Origin: Theionarchaea archaeon
GTDB taxonomy: Archaea > Methanobacteriota_B > Thermococci > Methanofastidiosales > SZ-28-30
Direction of reading: 5' to 3'
Assembly: GCA_018992685.1 (NCBI GenBank)
Contig: JACVGT010000043.1
Location: 1 to 27,917 of the forward strand
DNA length: 27,917 nucleotides
The notes beneath the pieces were generated by a model. The model saw nothing but the letters and a program-made list of their open reading frames with translations, searched no databases and was not told the origin of the DNA. Position 1 is the stretch's first letter; the number at the start of each line of letters is the position of its first letter. Of the stretch, positions 1-9,303 are shown one piece after another. Both the position numbers and the translations under genes were made by a program.

Positions 1-104
1 AGTACATCACCGACCCATACGGTGACTGTGACATCCTGATCATCGCAGGTGCTGACAGAGACGCCACCAGAGAAGCAGCTCAAGACCTGATTGACCAGCT
101 TTAA
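1..104 (+). CDS. C-terminal end of an S-layer-type protein (partial, 5' end outside window)
   Basis: Frame from nt 3 reads YITDPYGDCDILIIAGADRDATREAAQDLIDQL* (TAA 102-104). It resembles the AGxDRxxTxxAA C-terminal motif of Methanococcales/Thermococcales S-layer proteins. Not in the ORF track. Confidence 0.7.
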   Translation, partial: YITDPYGDCDILIIAGADRDATREAAQDLIDQL

Positions 105-110
105 ACCATA

Positions 111-144
111 TTTTTCTTTCTTTTTTGTTTATTTTCTCTTCTTT
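111..144 (+). terminator. T-rich archaeal terminator
   Basis: Multiple oligo-T tracts begin 7 nt after the stop codon at 104. Confidence 0.6.
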
Positions 145-285
145 GTAACAATTTCTGAAAATCGTTTTGTCCAAGGCCTGACTTCTCAGACAATGACAAA
201 TCATGATCCGTATCATAGTCTGAGGAGAGAACTAGGCCTCATTCATTCTAAGACGCAATCTCTTTGTAAAATGCAGGGGCCTGAC

Positions 286-1761
286 TTACTCCTCGTGGAA
301 CACTTGGGCTGTGTAAACCTGCACCATCAACCTGCCCTGTTTCCAGTAATCGGCGGAAAGACCTGCCTTAACACACAACTGAGAAAGAAACTCCTCTGGA
401 TCTGGAAGTTGCTCCCATACCTGTGGAAGATATGTTGCCTTTTGTCTGCCCCACGTAACGATCACGCCTTTCTCTCTTATCTTCTCGCACAAGTCTTCAT
501 TGTCCTTATACCATATACGATGTGGTGTAGTGAGAACAGATATCTCAACAGATACCTCTCCAAGCTCATCATACGTAAGGGGCATGAACCGAGGATCTCT
601 CAGTGCGGCATTGACCGAATTCTTCATGACAGCCCGGTAGAGTGGGGTTCCCCATGTGAAGGTCCCAATGCACCCTCTGAGCATTCCCTTCTTATTCAGA
701 GTAACGAAACATGCTCCATTCTCTTTCAATTGCTGTGAAATGTCTGATTCATCAACATCAGGGAATGTACCCTCACTCAGGTATTGTTCCAGCGTTTGCC
801 TGGCCAACTGAAGCAGAAATCTCTGCTCCTGTTCATTCAGCATTGATTGATTATCAATTGAGAGTGCTCCGCAAAATGCTATTCCCATGTACCCCACCAC
901 CTGTTCTTTCCCTCCTGCAGTATCTCCTGAAGTTCTGTAGTCCAGGAGACTCCCCTGCCATCCGTTCTGCTGAGCCAAGTACATCACCGTTTCCATAGCT
1001 TTTGTCCCGCACGCTTCGCAGCGCGACATTCTGTCGAAGTCCAGGGCAGGCACGGCCATCGTGCAGGCTTCATCAAGCTCTCGTGCCTCCTCATACGGAT
1101 GATAGTGGCTGAGATCACTGGAGGCAACAACCAACGTTCGATCGTCAATATAAGGAGAAAGTGCAGAGGCAAGTTCCCGAGGGTCAATGTCCCCAATCAC
1201 AATGGGGACTATCTCAAAATCAGAGAGCACAGTCTGCAAGAATGGAAGCTGTACTTCCAGACAGTGCTCTTTAACATCTACATCGGGGACAGTGATAAAC
1301 CCATTCTTTTTCATGTCGGTAACCATGTCAGACACTTTGACCAGGCCCAAGGGTGTCTTATAATGTGTGTAGTCCGGGACAGACGCCCCCTGAAACCGTA
1401 CGTAGTGGGAGGGACCTATAAGAATAACGGTGTCGTAAACATCGTCAAGCTGCCCATAGCAGTATGCTGCAGTCAGTCCTGAATACACATATCCAGCATG
1501 AGGGCACACGAGAGCACGCATACTGGACATATTCAGGTCTGGAACCTGATCCAGGTACATTACAATAGATTGCTCCAATTCTTCCTGTGAAGAAGAGTAG
1601 AATTGTCCTGCCACAGCAGGCAATCGTACGATTTGTACGTCATCTGGTCCCTCAGAAACTTCAGACTCTTCTGAACGAAACGTTCTGATTCCGCAGTACA
1701 CACCTATTAACAGAGTGATTAGCAGGATCGCTCCCCAGTGCCTTCTGGTTGGACTTTTCAT
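286..1761 (-). CDS. amrB: AmmeMemoRadiSam system MEMO1 (protein B)-AMMECR1 (protein A) fusion with N-terminal membrane anchor
   Basis: MEMO motifs PHAGYVYSG, GPSH, EHCLEVQLPFL, SSDLSHY and VVGY. AMMECR1 motifs CFVTL, LRGCIG, DPRF and TYLPQV. ATG at 1761 overlaps the upstream stop (ATGA). Confidence 0.9.
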   Translation of the reverse strand: MKSPTRRHWGAILLITLLIGVYCGIRTFRSEESEVSEGPDDVQIVRLPAVAGQFYSSSQEELEQSIVMYLDQVPDLNMSSMRALVCPHAGYVYSGLTAAYCYGQLDDVYDTVILIGPSHYVRFQGASVPDYTHYKTPLGLVKVSDMVTDMKKNGFITVPDVDVKEHCLEVQLPFLQTVLSDFEIVPIVIGDIDPRELASALSPYIDDRTLVVASSDLSHYHPYEEARELDEACTMAVPALDFDRMSRCEACGTKAMETVMYLAQQNGWQGSLLDYRTSGDTAGGKEQVVGYMGIAFCGALSIDNQSMLNEQEQRFLLQLARQTLEQYLSEGTFPDVDESDISQQLKENGACFVTLNKKGMLRGCIGTFTWGTPLYRAVMKNSVNAALRDPRFMPLTYDELGEVSVEISVLTTPHRIWYKDNEDLCEKIREKGVIVTWGRQKATYLPQVWEQLPDPEEFLSQLCVKAGLSADYWKQGRLMVQVYTAQVFHEE

Positions 1762-2918
1762 TTTGACCACACTCCTGCCACAGGTTCTCCACAGAAATCA
1801 CATGCTCCCTGGGAAATGTGCATCTGCATAACGAGGAACCCGTTCCTCTCAACCACTACCTTCTGGCAGGAAGGACACACCGTCTGCTGCTCCTCAATGC
1901 CTGGCACATTCCCGATATAGACATAGTGCAGCCCTTCCTCTGCAGCGATAGCGTGAGCCTTTTTGAGGATTTCAACAGGAGTGGGGGGCAGATGTTGCAG
2001 CTTGTAATCAGGATGAAATCGGGAAAAATGAAGCGGAAAATCGGGGCCAATGTTCTCATACAGCCATTGACACATCTCACGGATCATGTCCAGATCGTCT
2101 GTCCAGGTGGGAACGACGAGATTGGTTATTTCAACCCACACCTTCTCCTCTTTCAATATTTTCAGAGTGTCGAGCACAGGCTGAAGCATCCCTGCATTAA
2201 GTTCGTGATAGATTTTATCATCAAAGCTCTTCAGGTCCACGTTGGCTGCATCCAGATACTGGCACAAGTCTCTCAGGGGAAGCTCGTTCATGTAGCCATT
2301 GGTCACCCAGATATTCTTGATTTTTCTTTCTGTGGCAATTCGGGCTGTATCGTACATGTACTCATACCAGGCTGTGGGTTCGCTGTAGGTATAGGCGATG
2401 CTCTGGCATCCTCCCTGTTCTGCTCTCATCACCACCTCCTGCGGGAACAATTCCATGTTTGTGGTTTCTTCCGGGCTTCTCTGAGATATTTCCCAGTTCT
2501 GGCAGTTGAGGCACCTAAAGTTACACCCTGCAGTGGCCAGGGAATAAACAGAAGAAGAAGGAAGGAAGTGGAAGAGGGGTTTTTTCTCTACAGGGTCTAC
2601 GTGCACAGCACAGGGATTTCCATATGCCAGCGTGTATAGTGTACCCTTGTAGTTAGTTTTGTTGCGGCATACACTCCCGATTCCTTCTCGTAGCACACAC
2701 TGGTTGGGGCAGACCTGGCACTTGACGTAATCTCCAAGGGTAATATAGTGATATCCCTCCTTAGACCACTTCCAGGGCTGTCCACTGCTGCTGGATTCAG
2801 GAATGGGTTCACGCTGCAATAGTCTAGAGATCCCATATCCGCCCAAAGCAATTGCAGCTCCCGCCACCACAGACTTTTTAATGAAGTCTCTTCGCGATAT
2901 GGGTTCTCTACTTTCCAT
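1758..2918 (-). CDS. amrS: AmmeMemoRadiSam radical SAM enzyme with twin-arginine signal peptide
   Basis: CxxxCxxC motif (GCNFRCLNCQN), plus CQVCPNQC, DPVEKKPLFHF, YTYSEP and FSRFHP. N-terminus SRRDFIKK is followed by a hydrophobic stretch. Start taken at MESREP (2918); 2942 is an alternative. Confidence 0.92.
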   Translation of the reverse strand: MESREPISRRDFIKKSVVAGAAIALGGYGISRLLQREPIPESSSSGQPWKWSKEGYHYITLGDYVKCQVCPNQCVLREGIGSVCRNKTNYKGTLYTLAYGNPCAVHVDPVEKKPLFHFLPSSSVYSLATAGCNFRCLNCQNWEISQRSPEETTNMELFPQEVVMRAEQGGCQSIAYTYSEPTAWYEYMYDTARIATERKIKNIWVTNGYMNELPLRDLCQYLDAANVDLKSFDDKIYHELNAGMLQPVLDTLKILKEEKVWVEITNLVVPTWTDDLDMIREMCQWLYENIGPDFPLHFSRFHPDYKLQHLPPTPVEILKKAHAIAAEEGLHYVYIGNVPGIEEQQTVCPSCQKVVVERNGFLVMQMHISQGACDFCGEPVAGVWSK

Positions 2919-3085
2919 GCAGAGAGCTAATCCTTGGGTCATAAAAGGATTTCTCCTGTGGGCCAAAGAGTCACCACCCCCGGGAAAAATCATGCCACAG
3001 GACGCATCACTAGAGCATTCTCAATCAGAGAGGACAAAGGAAAAGTTTATATTACTCTACATGAGGATAGTTTCCTGGTGATTAC

Positions 3086-4057
3086 GTGGGATTAGAGAAC
3101 GATATTTTGAGAACTTTGAACAGGGGACCTCGGACCTTTGAGGGACTGAAAACTGAATTTCCCCACAAGAACCTTGTCCAAATTCTCATAACTATGGAAA
3201 AGAAGAACCTGGCAGAGAACAGAGAGGGGGCCTGGTTCATAACCGAAAAAGGGCAGGCAAGAATGTCCCGGAGAGGCTATGCACTGGCCAGTCTGTTGGT
3301 TATTCCCATCGTTGTGTTTGTTCTCCTGTCAGCTCAGTATCAGGCTGCTTATACGGACGTATTGAGCCAGAATGAAACACTCCTGCGCCAGAAGCAAGAC
3401 GCTGATTCTCAGCTATCTCAGATGAATGCACATGTCCAGCAGGCAGAAGGGAGATACCAATCCGTTCTGGACGAATTAGCAGAAGAAGAGGAAAAGACTT
3501 CTCAGTTGAATGAATCACTTGCTGCCTCTCAGAACTCATTGAATTCTGCACAAGAAGAACTCTTGTATTTCCAGTGCCTGGAACAGTGCACCCCAAACAC
3601 GTTCGTGACTGTGGATAATACATATGTAAAGGCAAAGGTAGAGGAGATAACTTCAGGACTCACAACCCTCAAACAGAGGCAAGTAGCAGTGTTCAATTTT
3701 GTACGGGATGACATTGAAGATGACGAGTCTGTGTTCCGGTTCGGCAGAACGGATCTGTGGGAGTACCCTGAGGACATTCTCAGACGTGGGAAAGGACATT
3801 ACGAAGACAAGTACCTGTTGCTTCTGACCATGCTACGCATGGTGGGAACTCCTTCGGAGCATGTAAAATTCATAGCTGCAGAAGTGGATGGCTATAGTGG
3901 CTGGATCTGGGTGGAGGTGTATGATGGAACTACCTGGTGGATGCTGGATCCCTTTGAAGGTTTTGGCTTTACCACGACTCCAAAAGATGAGTTCTATGAA
4001 GAATACACGGTAGAGGTGATATGGTGGTTCAACGATGTACAGTACCGGAGAGTGTGA
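3086..4057 (+). CDS. Membrane protein: wHTH-like N-terminus, TM helix, coiled coil, transglutaminase-like domain lacking catalytic Cys/His
   Basis: GTG start after GGTGAT SD. GKGHYEDK stands where GDCED is expected and GWIW where GHAW is expected. The C-terminal WFND is shared with the downstream paralogue. Confidence 0.8.
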   Translation: MGLENDILRTLNRGPRTFEGLKTEFPHKNLVQILITMEKKNLAENREGAWFITEKGQARMSRRGYALASLLVIPIVVFVLLSAQYQAAYTDVLSQNETLLRQKQDADSQLSQMNAHVQQAEGRYQSVLDELAEEEEKTSQLNESLAASQNSLNSAQEELLYFQCLEQCTPNTFVTVDNTYVKAKVEEITSGLTTLKQRQVAVFNFVRDDIEDDESVFRFGRTDLWEYPEDILRRGKGHYEDKYLLLLTMLRMVGTPSEHVKFIAAEVDGYSGWIWVEVYDGTTWWMLDPFEGFGFTTTPKDEFYEEYTVEVIWWFNDVQYRRV

Positions 4058-4061
4058 TATC

Positions 4062-4946
4062 ATGAACAAGAAACCAGTGCTCCTGGCTTGCGGATTGGCT
4101 GCAGTCATGATTGTCTTTATGGGCACAACCTATCAGTACTCTGTCCTACAGCAGGAAGAACTCGACAAGAGCGTCTCCATAACTGAGGAAACACAGAGGG
4201 TGAGAGGAGAAATCACCTCCGCTGAATCGGGGCTTCAACAAACTGAGCAGAAGATTGCGGAAACGGAAGATCTCATACCTGTGGAGCAACAGGAACAGGC
4301 AGGACTCAGGCAGCAGATTGATGAACTCGATTCACAAGAATCTGTTCTGGAAAGTGAAATAGACCTTCAGAAGAGGATTCTGACCAAAGATCCCCGGGTG
4401 CTCATTACAACTGATGACCCAGTTGTCATTGCCAAGGTTGAGGAAGTGACCCGTCTGTGCAGGACAACGGAAGAAAAGCAGCAGGCCATCTTTGAGTATG
4501 TGCGCAAAGAGATAGAGTACGTCACAGAAGGAAATCCCAAAGAGTGGAAATACCCCAAAGAATTCCTGGCCTTCAAATTCGATTTCTGGCAGCTACCGAG
4601 GGAGACCATTGAGTGGAGAAAGGGCGACTGCGAAGACAGGTCCATTCTGTTGTGTACCATGATGCGCATAGCAGGTGTTCCGGCGAGTAACGTAAAGGTA
4701 GTACTTGGAGTGATCCATTACTCGGGGGGCATGAGCGGTCATGCATGGATTGAGTTCGAAATGGGAGGTACCTGGTATGCTCTGGAATCAACCTGCCCCA
4801 CGTGTAACTATATCGAGAAGGATCTATACTACAGCTATTTCAATCCTGATCTCTGGGGATGGTTTAATGACAAGGAATATCATGACCTGAAGTCAGCTGA
4901 CTCTAATTCGGGTGCTCTGATAGGCAGTGAAACCTCTTATTTCTAA
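4062..4946 (+). CDS. Membrane-anchored coiled-coil transglutaminase-like cysteine protease-family protein
   Basis: Hydrophobic N-terminus MNKKPVLLACG, a coiled coil, and an intact triad region GDCED / GHAW / ALES. Confidence 0.85.
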   Translation: MNKKPVLLACGLAAVMIVFMGTTYQYSVLQQEELDKSVSITEETQRVRGEITSAESGLQQTEQKIAETEDLIPVEQQEQAGLRQQIDELDSQESVLESEIDLQKRILTKDPRVLITTDDPVVIAKVEEVTRLCRTTEEKQQAIFEYVRKEIEYVTEGNPKEWKYPKEFLAFKFDFWQLPRETIEWRKGDCEDRSILLCTMMRIAGVPASNVKVVLGVIHYSGGMSGHAWIEFEMGGTWYALESTCPTCNYIEKDLYYSYFNPDLWGWFNDKEYHDLKSADSNSGALIGSETSYF

Positions 4947-4973
4947 TTTTTTCCTCTTTGACTTCTTATTCTT
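4947..4973 (+). terminator. T-rich terminator
   Basis: Oligo-T tracts immediately after TAA at 4946. Confidence 0.5.
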
Positions 4974-5314
4974 CATTGAGAATCAAAACAGATTCTTATG
5001 AGGTATTTCTTCTGGCTGTTCCGGTCTGGTGAAAGAGCTTCCCGACCACGTGAGTCAGCATCCTTTAAGGAACACGTACCCCATCCAGTGGTGGTTTCAT
5101 CTGGCGTCCAGAATATCAGAGTACACCTATTCAAATCCTCGATTGAAGGGAGGAATGCTTTGTCATGGGGAAATCCGCCTGTTTGTCCTTCCCCTTTCCG
5201 AAACCTATTTATATACCTAAGTAAAGACAATGTATTATTCAGCTCAAAACAGTTGCCTAGGGAGTACTGAGTAATGGCGTGGAAATCTCAAATTGCCTTA
5301 AGGGAGGTGACAAA

Positions 5315-7045
5315 ATGAAAAAAGTGATAGTTTGTGTAAGTGCAATGTTGCTCCTACTGAGTGCCATCCCTGTTACAACTGGTGCGGAGCGCATCAAGGT
5401 ACTTGTGGATGAATCTCGGGTAGTCACAATTCCTGAAGAGGAACAAGATGTCTTCATTGAGGAGGTGGACTTCCCTCGATCTGCTGATTGGAAATTCTCT
5501 TTTGATAACGACGATGAGTTTTGGGGTCTTGGCATTCTCTCAAAGAGGATTCAGGAAGTTGCGAGTGTTGATGTCAGGAAATCAGGAAAGCTCAGCTACA
5601 ACTCTCTCAAGAACTATGATGTGCTGATAATAGCCTCATTTGAGGAAAGCTACAGTTCCTCTGAGGCAGATGCCATCAGGCAATTCGTAGAGAATGGAGG
5701 TGGCTTGCTACTATTGGCAGCTCCCGAAGCCTCAAGTAACAGTATTTCACGTTCTTTCGATGTCCAGTTTTCCTCTGAAACAGTAACCATCGCCAGAGAT
5801 AAAGTCGGCACGTCTTCACTAAAATGGTATGCCTGGATCGAAAGAGGCATCTTGATGGGATTTCCTGCAGTGTACTATTCAGAAATCGAAGATTTCAAAT
5901 CCCATCCTGTTACCAGTGGAATCACGGAGTTCACAATGCACGAAGGAATTCCCATCACAGGCTTTGAGTCAGGAAAAGTCCTCGCCACTTCTGGAGATGA
6001 CACATATGCGGACAAATCTGGGATTGGACAGGGCTCCAAGGGTGACGATGAGGAAGAAGGACCTTTTGATATCCTGTTGGCCATGGAAGTGGACAAGGGG
6101 AGAGCAGTCTTCTTCTCAAGCCAGATGTCATTTTGGAACTGCATTGTTCAAAAGGAATCTAAGAACATGGATCTCGTGGTCAATGCAGTAGAATGGCTTG
6201 GCGAACCTGGAGGCCCGTACAAACAGTACAAACTCAAAAATGAACAGGCACAGGGAACACTTTCCAACGCCGTCTCGCTATACCAGAATCACAAGTTTTC
6301 TCAGGCCATAACAGAGTTTGGGAAAGCCATAGAGAGTTTTGAACAATCAAATGAAATATACACCAACGCAGAAGCTAATACTGGTATTGAAGAGGCCAAT
6401 ACCTACATTGAGAAGTGCAACATCGGAAATGAAGCTAATACCTTCTTTGATCAGGCTATGGACTACTATGGTAAACGGGAATACGAGAGCGCTATCGAAG
6501 AGTTCGCCAAAGCTCAGGAGAAATATCAGGAGATCGAGTATACAGAACGGGCTCAAGAATGTACAGACAAGGTAGAAGAAAGCCAGGCTTGGATTTCCCT
6601 CAGAGATGAGGCAACTCAGTTGCTGGACCAGGGAGAAGAATCACTCAAGACAGCCCCGAGCACCTTCAACACGTCAGGATACGAACAGAGCAGAACAATA
6701 TTCGAACAGGCCAAAACAAAGTGGGAAGAGTACGATGACCCGGAAAAGGAAACTACGTGTCAGGAAAAGATCGATCTGTGCAACCAGGAAATCGCTAGGA
6801 TCGAGAAGTTCAGGATGATGACCATCATAGTGGTGGTAGTCGTTGTAGTGATCGTCATTGTAGTAGTGGTGGTTCTGGTGAAGAGGAAAAAGCCAAAGCC
6901 AGTGGAAGCTGCCGCTCCAGAACAGCCTGCTCCACCTGGGGAAGGGGAGAAAAGTGCTCTGGAGACATTAGACGAACGGTATGCCAAAGGGGAAATCGCC
7001 AAAGAGGAATACGAAAAGCTGAAATCAATACTGGAGAAGGAGTGA
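5315..7045 (+). CDS. Cell-surface protein: signal peptide, GATase-like (DUF4350-type) domain, TPR-like repeats, C-terminal TM helix and SHOCT-like tail
   Basis: SD GGAGGTGA precedes ATG 5315. Motifs YDVLII...FVENGGGLLL, HPVTSGI and GRAVF; helical repeats; a poly-Val TM segment; LDERYAKGEIAKEEYEKLK tail. Confidence 0.8.
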   Translation: MKKVIVCVSAMLLLLSAIPVTTGAERIKVLVDESRVVTIPEEEQDVFIEEVDFPRSADWKFSFDNDDEFWGLGILSKRIQEVASVDVRKSGKLSYNSLKNYDVLIIASFEESYSSSEADAIRQFVENGGGLLLLAAPEASSNSISRSFDVQFSSETVTIARDKVGTSSLKWYAWIERGILMGFPAVYYSEIEDFKSHPVTSGITEFTMHEGIPITGFESGKVLATSGDDTYADKSGIGQGSKGDDEEEGPFDILLAMEVDKGRAVFFSSQMSFWNCIVQKESKNMDLVVNAVEWLGEPGGPYKQYKLKNEQAQGTLSNAVSLYQNHKFSQAITEFGKAIESFEQSNEIYTNAEANTGIEEANTYIEKCNIGNEANTFFDQAMDYYGKREYESAIEEFAKAQEKYQEIEYTERAQECTDKVEESQAWISLRDEATQLLDQGEESLKTAPSTFNTSGYEQSRTIFEQAKTKWEEYDDPEKETTCQEKIDLCNQEIARIEKFRMMTIIVVVVVVVIVIVVVVVLVKRKKPKPVEAAAPEQPAPPGEGEKSALETLDERYAKGEIAKEEYEKLKSILEKE

Positions 7046-7067
7046 ATCACAGGACTCTTTCTCTTTT

Positions 7068-7883
7068 TTATTTCTCATAGCTCAGCATTTTCTCAAAAAT
7101 GCGTTTTCGGACTGAAAAGAACTCAATGAATTGAGAAAATTCGGTTCGCATCCTTTCTTTGCTGAAATGATCAGTAGAAAAAGGAATTCCATACTCCAGA
7201 TCTAGAAGCAGTAGATTGGCCGCTGGAGCTGGTGGGATCTTTCCCCTTCTATCAAGGTCCTTTGTCAGGTCGTGCCTCTGTGTCACCTCTTGAATTGTCT
7301 TGTCCTGTGCCAGAAGAATCTCAATCGGTTTCCCTGTCCATTCTCCCGTGATGTACTTGGTCACAGCGGTCATGATGCGGCGGATCATCTCCCACATGAA
7401 GCTTCTTCCAGTAAAGTGGAACAGAACCATCCGATCTTCCAGTTCATATGAAACCGCTATGTCACGAACGGTATTTGTCATTTCTTCTCCTTTCTTCTCC
7501 CTTGTGAAGGCCTGAAAGTCGTGAGTTCCACTAAAGAGAGAGCAACATTCTTCCACAAGAGCTTCCTCATATTCACCCGGAAGAAAGTAGACATAACGTT
7601 TCGTGCTCATTCTCAGGGGCACGTTCTTTTCCGTCCATGCATACACCCATATGTCTTCTAGTAGAGACGTCAATATCCTGCATATGTCTCTTCTGTTGCT
7701 CTCAACCTTAATCACGTTCCCCAGGGCAGACACCCCCTTGTCTGTTCGGGATGCTACCTTTACTGTGGTGGGACTTCCCATCCTTTCCAATGCCTCCGCT
7801 ATGTCTCCTTCAACCGTACGGAGTCCTGGCTGTTTGGCAACTCCAAAGAACCTGTCTCCAACGTACGCAATCTTTAGCAGCAT
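7068..7883 (-). CDS. truA: tRNA pseudouridine(38-40) synthase
   Basis: Motifs IAYVG, QPGLRTVEG, SRTDKGVSA (catalytic Asp), GTHDF and FMWEMIRRI. Confidence 0.92.
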   Translation of the reverse strand: MLLKIAYVGDRFFGVAKQPGLRTVEGDIAEALERMGSPTTVKVASRTDKGVSALGNVIKVESNRRDICRILTSLLEDIWVYAWTEKNVPLRMSTKRYVYFLPGEYEEALVEECCSLFSGTHDFQAFTREKKGEEMTNTVRDIAVSYELEDRMVLFHFTGRSFMWEMIRRIMTAVTKYITGEWTGKPIEILLAQDKTIQEVTQRHDLTKDLDRRGKIPPAPAANLLLLDLEYGIPFSTDHFSKERMRTEFSQFIEFFSVRKRIFEKMLSYEK

Positions 7884-9001
7884 ATGTCTTCAACGGCCTC
7901 AACCAGGGTATCCACTTCTTCAAAAGTATTCCAGAAGTGCGCAGACACTCTAATTCCACCTGCCCGGGAGCTGACAATAATATTGCGCTCCTTCAGAGCT
8001 TCCACCACCTTTCCCGCGTTCTTTACTTTGAAATTCACAATGCCAGCATGATCTGATGGAGTCTGGACTTCAAACCCTTTTTCACAGGCAGCGTCAATCG
8101 TATGGTCTGCCAGTTTCAGGACTCTGTCTTCCACCCACGTTCGGGAGAACTTGTTCAGGAACTGAAGAGAAGCATAAAGAGTGCAAACTCCATAAAAGTT
8201 GAGGTTTCCGCACTCGAATTTCCGGGCAGTAGTGGTAATTTCAGGATGTTCTCTGTCGAATTTCTCATAGTCCAGGTAGTCCTTGAGGGAGAACCATCCG
8301 ATATATGAAGGGTGAAACTGGTCGATGAGTTCTCTTTTAATGTAGAAAATGGAAATACCCAATTCTGACATCAGCCATTTGTAGCATGCACTGGAAAAAA
8401 AGTCCATGGTAGTCTCTCTGACGTCAAAGGAAAGTGCACCCAATGACTGGATGGGATCCACGAAAAAATATGCATGATGATCACTGCACAGTTCGCTCAA
8501 CACTCTGATGTTATTCTTGAATCCCGTTGCGAATTCTACATGGGAAACTGCCACACAACGAGTATTATCATCAATCGCTTTCTCAAAGTCTTCGAGCTCC
8601 AGTACATGATTCCTGTTCTTTACCACTCTGAATTCCACTCCCTTTCTTTGAAGATCATACCACGGCAGGAAATTGGAAGGGAATTCGAGATCAGTGGTGA
8701 CTACATTATCTCTCTCAGTGAATGGCAGCATAGTCGCCACCAGGTTAATACCTTCTGATGTGTTCTTGAGAAATGCGATTTCCTCAGGGAGGCCTCCTAT
8801 GAAATCGGCTATCAGGGCTCTGGTAGCCTCAGTCTTCTCTATCCACTGTTCATAGACTACATCTCCATGAAGAGCCCGTTCCTCTACATATGTCTTCTGG
8901 GCGGCCTGCACTTCTACAGGGAGAGGAGCACAGGCAGCATGGTTCAAATAGGTGTAATGACTGCTGGTAGGAATATGGGCTCGAATGTCATCCAGGTTCA
9001 T
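7874..9001 (-). CDS. Class V PLP-dependent aminotransferase/lyase-family enzyme
   Basis: Motifs YLNHAA, NTSEG, EFPSN, DPIQSLG, YKWL (PLP Lys) and IRVSAHFWN. TATA-like TTAAAA about 22 nt upstream of ATG 9001. Overlaps the truA start. Confidence 0.88.
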   Translation of the reverse strand: MNLDDIRAHIPTSSHYTYLNHAACAPLPVEVQAAQKTYVEERALHGDVVYEQWIEKTEATRALIADFIGGLPEEIAFLKNTSEGINLVATMLPFTERDNVVTTDLEFPSNFLPWYDLQRKGVEFRVVKNRNHVLELEDFEKAIDDNTRCVAVSHVEFATGFKNNIRVLSELCSDHHAYFFVDPIQSLGALSFDVRETTMDFFSSACYKWLMSELGISIFYIKRELIDQFHPSYIGWFSLKDYLDYEKFDREHPEITTTARKFECGNLNFYGVCTLYASLQFLNKFSRTWVEDRVLKLADHTIDAACEKGFEVQTPSDHAGIVNFKVKNAGKVVEALKERNIIVSSRAGGIRVSAHFWNTFEEVDTLVEAVEDICC

Positions 9002-9246
9002 ACTTAAGGTAGGTGAATGACATTTTAAGGTTTCCCCAGGTAGTTCAGGTAGTCTGGAACCTGACAGATTCACCTTCCTTTTTCAGTCAAGGATGTTCTC
9101 TACATATATTCGATTTACGGTGGGTAATTCATAACAATGAATAGTCCGCAGACTGCAGCAAATCACTGAATATCAAGGGGCTGAACGCTTCCCCTATGTA
9201 ATCATGGTGGATGACTCGGGAGGTTGAGAGTACAATGAAGAATAAC

Positions 9247-9300
9247 CCGAGAACGTCCGGCAGACGTGAATAGGGAGGACCGTCTTTGTGCGGTTCTCGG
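9247..9300 (-). other. Stem-loop in the 3' UTR of the EF-1alpha paralogue
   Basis: CCGAGAAC/GTTCTCGG outer stem (8 bp) and AGACG/CGTCT inner stem, starting 3 nt after the TAG stop. Confidence 0.55.
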
Positions 9301-9303
9301 TAT

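Noticed and set aside
91-2639. Long plus-strand ORFs (91-738, 1818-2639) and similar antisense ORFs elsewhere
   Set aside because: They are shadow frames opposite well-supported genes and have no protein motifs.
4973-5270. Short ORFs on both strands in the intergenic gap
   Set aside because: No recognisable motifs or SD, they overlap promoter and terminator signals, and they are mutually overlapping.
6820-6880. Low-complexity GTN repeat
   Set aside because: It simply encodes the poly-Val transmembrane helix.
9002-9303. tRNA gene next to the HisRS/EF pair (12159-12451 was also checked)
   Set aside because: No cloverleaf or correctly placed TTCRA T-loop was found by eye. A covariance-model search is needed to exclude an atypical tRNA.
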